Positions 58,166 through 64,000 of a DNA stretch of 64,000 bases are shown in pieces. The notes beneath the pieces were generated by a model. That model was not told the origin of the DNA, searched no databases, and was given only the letters and a program-made list of their open reading frames with translations. Every line of letters begins with the position of its first letter. Position 1 is the stretch's first letter. Source of the DNA: Eledone cirrhosa (Eukaryota). Position numbers and translations under genes: made by a program. The stretch spans positions 4,650,001 through 4,714,000 of the forward strand of contig OZ024743.1 of NCBI GenBank assembly GCA_964016885.1. Reading direction: 5' to 3'.

Positions 58166-59107
58166 TATACAGAAATACGCATATCCAATGCATGTGTATT
58201 CCCGTAATTCCTGATGTAAGGGCACCGTAGTGGCATACGACGTTTCTAGAGCATTTTAAGCTAGGCTGAGCCCATCACTTTCCAGGTCTGTACTCAGCAG
58301 ATTTCTTCCAGAGAAGGATACAAAGTGAGAAAGAAGTATAGAGGAAGAATCGAACCGAGTACTTGACATGCATCTATTTTCGACCGCGAAAGGATGAAAG
58401 GCAAAGTTGACATCAGCGGGATTTCAGCCGAGTGAGCAGAAAGCATTCTATTTGACGCTCTAACCACTGCCAATTCATCGCCTAATATCCACAAACTGCT
58501 CTAAATAACTTCGTGTACTCTCTACGATTAAAAACAGATAGCGTTAAGAAAACATGAATAACATTCCGAAATTTATTTCTTCAATTCTAGACGACACTAT
58601 ACAAACATATGTTCCTCTCTGGGTGTTTGGATTTACTTATCCATATTCCTGGCAATAATATATAATTCCCACGAACGCCTTCCTTTAACTACAGTAAGGA
58701 ACCTCTCTACCGTTCTTTTATCGTATATTTAGAAGGAACGGCAGCACCCATATCCGTTTGCAAGTATCCGAGGTTGGTGAAAATGGAGGAGGATAAAGGC
58801 ATGCTCAAACGGAAAACCTGGTCACAGTACCTGTAACAAAATGATAATCATTGAGTTAATGTTGTCTTTTCCTTACCGTATAAATATTTCTAATTAATTT
58901 TTTTTTATGTTCAGTTCATTAAATATGTTAATAACTTAACTATTTAGGGATATATTGTTTCAGAGAAATGTATGTTACATTATACAGTAATGATGGTGGT
59001 GTGTTGTCTATTGTGAAGATTTTCATAGTCAGAGCAACTAGCCTGAAGTTGATGTAAGAGGCTTTTAATAGTAAACAAAGGAAAATAAACTTCGGCACAC
59101 ACTTATG

Positions 59108-59236
<129 letters not shown>

Positions 59237-59746
59237 CGCGCGTGTGTGTGTTAGTAGATAGGTAGGTAAGTAGGTAGGCAAGTAGGTAGGTAGGTAAGTA
59301 GATAGGTAGGCAAGTAGGTAGGTAAGTAGGTAGGTATGTAGATAGGCAAGAAGATTTGTAAGTAGATAGATAGGTAGGTAGGTAGGTAGGTAGGTAGGTA
59401 GGTAGGTAGGTAGGTAGGTAGGTAGGTAGGTAGGTAGGTAGGCTAAATCATACATGCATAAAGTCATAAACAAATACGCTGTGGACATTTTCCATATCTG
59501 CATTTTAAATTAATGGTGTGACATATATAAATACACGCATGCTTACACATGTTATATACAGCCGGACGGAAATGTTTGACACTTCAATAAGCCCTTACAA
59601 TAGAGCCTTGTAATTGTGTGAATGTCTTGTTCTGGCTTAGTAGAAGAGAACTGGTCGAATAAATAAGCTACTGGACTCCAAGCTCAGATATCTTGATATC
59701 CAACCCATTGCAGAGATTTCGTCATAAATTTGGATAGCACAATTAC

Positions 59747-59962
59747 TTAAAACCAACCGGCAAAAGACCCAGAGGTAGACCCCGAACACGATGGTTGGGT
59801 AACATTCATGAGCTTGGCTGGTCTCGCTTGGGGATCCAGTCGGGTCAGTTGGAGATGGTTGCTTCTGAAAGACCCACTGGAAGGGGCGTTTGGGGACTCT
59901 ACCCCAATGACCCTCTCAGGAAGAAGAAGAAGAAGAAGAAGAAGAAGAAGAAGAAGAAGAAG
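59747..59962 (+). mobile_element. 3' end of the same RTE family as 43220, with a (GAA)n tail
   Basis: GNIHELGWSRLGIQ matches DNIHVLGWSRLGI of the 43324-43608 ORF; (AAG)n tail. Confidence 0.75.
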
Positions 59963-60858
59963 ATTAATTTTATGTGCATATCTTAACAAATTAGCGGAGT
60001 TGTTTGAGTAACGTGTAGATATTTTGCAGTATTCGTTCTGTCTTTCGGAACTCTTCATTTCAAACTGCTTAAAAGCAGGACGGGTTGCTTTTCAGTTATC
60101 TGTCCCTGCTCTTTGCGTTCTAAATTCGAATGCCGTCTCTGAATTCTGGACAGAATGAACATGAAGGCCTGCAACACACATATATAACCCAGTAACAACA
60201 AAGCGAAGTTTCATACTGCAAAAGATAGAAAACCAGTAATGCAAAGCAAAATCTCAGTCCATTTAACTGAAAAGGTTTCAAATCAATTTGAGGATGTTAC
60301 TTCAGATTGAATGGCACCTTATCTAGTTACGGTGGGGATTGTTGAGAATGATTTTTCTCAATCTAGTTAATCACATCAAACTGGTCCTAGAAATGGGAAC
60401 AAAAACATTGTCCCCTAATCAGCCTCATCTCGGAATCCTAAAATGTTTCAGTTACTCTTGACATTCAATCCAAGATATAATTCTGATTATGTACGATGTA
60501 AAATTCATCACGAAACAGATATACATCTGACATATACACAATATTTATATAAAATACATAAATATATGAATGCATACGTACATCCATCCATCCCTTCAAC
60601 CCTACACACATACATACATACATACATACATACATACATACATACATACATACATACACACACATTCACTCACACACACACGCAAAAACATACTCAAACG
60701 CTGAATGCTTTTATTTTTAATATCACGTCTTTTTTGGAAACGGAATGGTAAGAATGTGTGTGTGTGTGTGTCTGTGTGTGTGTGTGTGCGTGTGTGTGTG
60801 TGTGCATGTATGTGTATGTGTATGTGTGCATGTATGTGAGAGATAGAGAGAGGGGGAG

Positions 60859-60948
<90 letters not shown>

Positions 60949-61190
60949 AGAGAACTAAAGTGGAATCCATTGTATTAAAGAGGTTGTATGTGTGGTGTAA
61001 ATTGTCTGCCACGTTGTGAAAAGACGACAGTAAGAGTGCTTATGCAAGAGATAGATAAAGAGAGAAAGAAAGAGAAAATGAAAGAGAGAAGCAGGGTGGT
61101 AGTGGTGGTCGCAAATGCCCACACTTTTTTTATTTTTTTTAATCTCATGTCTTAATGGAAACCGGATGGTAGGAATGCATGTGTGAGTGT

Positions 61191-61238
<48 letters not shown>

Positions 61239-61242
<4 letters not shown>

Positions 61243-61330
61243 GGTGCTGAAAAGTTTCTGGCTTTGGTAAAAGAAATTACAGGCGCATCAGTTAATTTTG
61301 ATTTTGTTCAATATATTCCCCTCTCAGATT
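61239..61330 (+). mobile_element. Mariner-like terminal fragment
   Basis: GAGGGGTGCTGAAAAGTTTCTGGC resembles a mariner TIR; no partner TIR seen. Confidence 0.4.
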
Positions 61331-63323
61331 TGTGTGTGTGATATTTTGATTTCAATCAATAAAGTCCCAATCCAATACAGGGATCTATTCTTCCTCTGCT
61401 TCTCTTTATCACTTTCCTTCTCTTTCTATCGCTGAAAGGATGAATTCTGCACAAGACACGTCATGTTAGGACGGTGCCCCTACGACTCCATCGGAAGTTA
61501 AGGATGCTTCATTGAACATTACGGAAACAATTGGATGGTCATGTCCTATTACGACAATCTCTTTTCACACAATCTTATGTCACAATGTAGTAGAATATGT
61601 GAACATCATTGCAATATAGGAATATTACTTTAATCAATGCCAGTTAGCAGAGGTGATAGAGAACAGAAAGCATTTACTGATTTTCCGTATTTCAGTATTT
61701 TGTTTCATATTCCTATTGTTTCATATTGTTCTAAAGAAGTTCACGGCCACTGATCAAGCTTGGGTTTTTAACAGACAAGTAGTTAAGGACTGGGATTGAT
61801 TTAATCGACCATACTCGTCCACCTACAAAACAAGCGATGTATTGACAGAATCATTGGGATATACCGGTTCCTTGCATTGTGAATTCATATCCCACCGAAG
61901 TCCACTTTGACTTTCATCCTACCAGGGTCGGTAAACAGAGTAGCAGTCTTTGTGATAGACTGACAGAATCGTTAGTGGGTTGGATGGGGTGACTTGTGGT
62001 TTTTCTCCCGGATTTTTTTTGGTTTTGAGTTAACATTCCTGCGTGGTCCACGGCTGTTTCATTTAAATTGTCACCGTTTGACCCTTGGATGCCTGAAGAG
62101 GAGTCTTTCTACTCTTTTACAAACATTCCAGCCAGATCTCTAATTTGAGAATAACCTTCTCCTTTCTTTCTTCACCCTTCCTTTTCATGAGTCTCGGTGG
62201 AAGTGAAAGTCGTTATAAGCCTTATACTTACTTCTGACTAAATGATAAATAAACTTGGCGTTAAATCTTGTCGAACCCTATCAATATTCCTCACACAAAC
62301 ATAGTAACTACTGTCGGATTGACTGAAATGATGTAATGTTGAACTACATACATGTCATACTGTATTCAGATACTCATTTTACATTTCGAGTTCAAATTTC
62401 ACTGGATTTGATTCAGGTTCAACAAATGATAGGTACCAGCAGTGTATTAAAGTTATTGTTCAGACCCATGGCAACATTGGTTGAACAGATCTATAATCAA
62501 AGACATTCTAGCCATTGTAGTATCTTCTGACTTGTGCTTCTTTTCTTCGTGATGTTAGTGTATGGTTTGTGGGAAATTTGGCTGCTGAGGTAGATTCAAC
62601 CAACTCTACTCACCTTTTCTACACGTATGAAACATTATGTCGAAATTAGAATTGAAAATTTCACTTAATGCTCAAGAGGTAATGATCAAGATACCTCAGT
62701 TTCAAATATCTGATTAAACCCATTCATATAATATATACACATTGACTCTGCACAAGATCGTCACAAAATTTAATTTTCCTTCTTTTCCAGTCTCATTGAT
62801 TGTTTTGTCCCACTCATCTAAGAAAGGCATTCGCATTCCAAATTAACTGGGACTTTTTAATATCGTACACCTTGTCCATAAAAGTAATTTAATAGGTTGA
62901 TATATTGGTAGGTGACGAAAAGGTAAGCTGGTCGACAGGTATGTAGCTAGGTGGGTAGGTGAATAGTTAAGTATGTAGGTAGGGAGATAAGTAGGTTGGT
63001 AGAGAATAGCCGGTTACTAGGTAATAGGAGAAGGGAAGAAAATAAGCATGTGTGTTATACACACACACGAACGCATATACATACATACACAGGGGCGATG
63101 GAAGTATTTTTTGTGTGTTGAGGGTGAGGGCAAATTTGGTTGTAGTGATTACTTTAGCTCTTAGCACTCTAAAATGGTCAGAAAACTTCGATATGCGATT
63201 AACATAACATATACATAAATTGAAGTGCATATCCAAATAGATGTGTTTTGGTAGTTTGGGGAGAAAAAAATTTATTATTGGCGGGATCATGGCCCCACTG
63301 CCCCCTCCCCCAGTTCCACCGCC

Positions 63324-63404
<81 letters not shown>

Positions 63405-63407
<3 letters not shown>

Positions 63408-63629
63408 ATAATAATAAATTTGAAGACTAAAATCCAAAGAGGGTTCGATAAGGATAAATATATATCAAATATATAAGAACCGTAGAGCAAATATTTATTA
63501 AAATAGCAGATTAAAGTTTAAGCAAGAATCGCTGCTTTCACCCTTAACAGGATCTTCTGAAACTCAGAAGATCCCGTTAAGGGTGAAAGGAGCGATTCTT
63601 TGCTTAAACTTTAATCTGCTATTTTAATA
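63405..63629 (-). mobile_element. Short hairpin-plus-tail element, family B, in (TA)n
   Basis: Arms 63496-63560 / 63564-63629 with a 3-nt loop, plus a 91-nt tail whose end is identical to 20883-20918. Confidence 0.85.
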
Positions 63630-63826
63630 TATATATGCAGAGGTTATATTTAATTTGTTGGGATTCAACAAGCTTAAAAAATGTTATAACTGATATAAAG
63701 CACTCAACAAGTATATATATATAATGTAAAGAAAATTATGCTCTGTACCCTTTCCTAAGGGGTTGATATATCGAGCTTCTCCGCATTTGGTAATAAACTG
63801 CTATTATGCCTAATGTATTCATCTCC

Positions 63827-63970
<144 letters not shown>

Positions 63971-64000
63971 GAGAGAGAGAGAAATGTATGACCCCGGCGG

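Overview
Repeat-dominated animal genomic DNA with no confidently identifiable host gene. The extreme (TA)n/(CA)n/(GA)n/(TATG)n density, Nin-domain tRNA SINEs and RTE LINEs suggest an octopus or other coleoid cephalopod (inference). The window holds truncated or degraded non-LTR retrotransposons (R4/Dong-like, Tx1/L1-like, RTE, CR1-like), MITEs, two minisatellites and a 200-N gap. The main signal is a recurring architecture: at least 9 insertions from about 5 unrelated sequence families sit in (TA)n tracts as asymmetric palindromes, with one arm carrying a unique 30-135 nt 'tail' and the other arm lacking it. Two are Penelope-like elements with RT and GIY-YIG remnants (Naiad-type 32995-40706, Neptune-type 54382-57729). 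One is a non-coding 521-nt terminally redundant hammerhead-ribozyme unit (31826-32628). One (20596-21249) is only a 36-nt tail that has apparently duplicated about 280 bp of neighbouring host DNA in inverted orientation. Type I hammerhead motifs, canonical or core-variant, are readable in several arms. All coordinates were read by eye; SINE and degraded-LINE boundaries are approximate.
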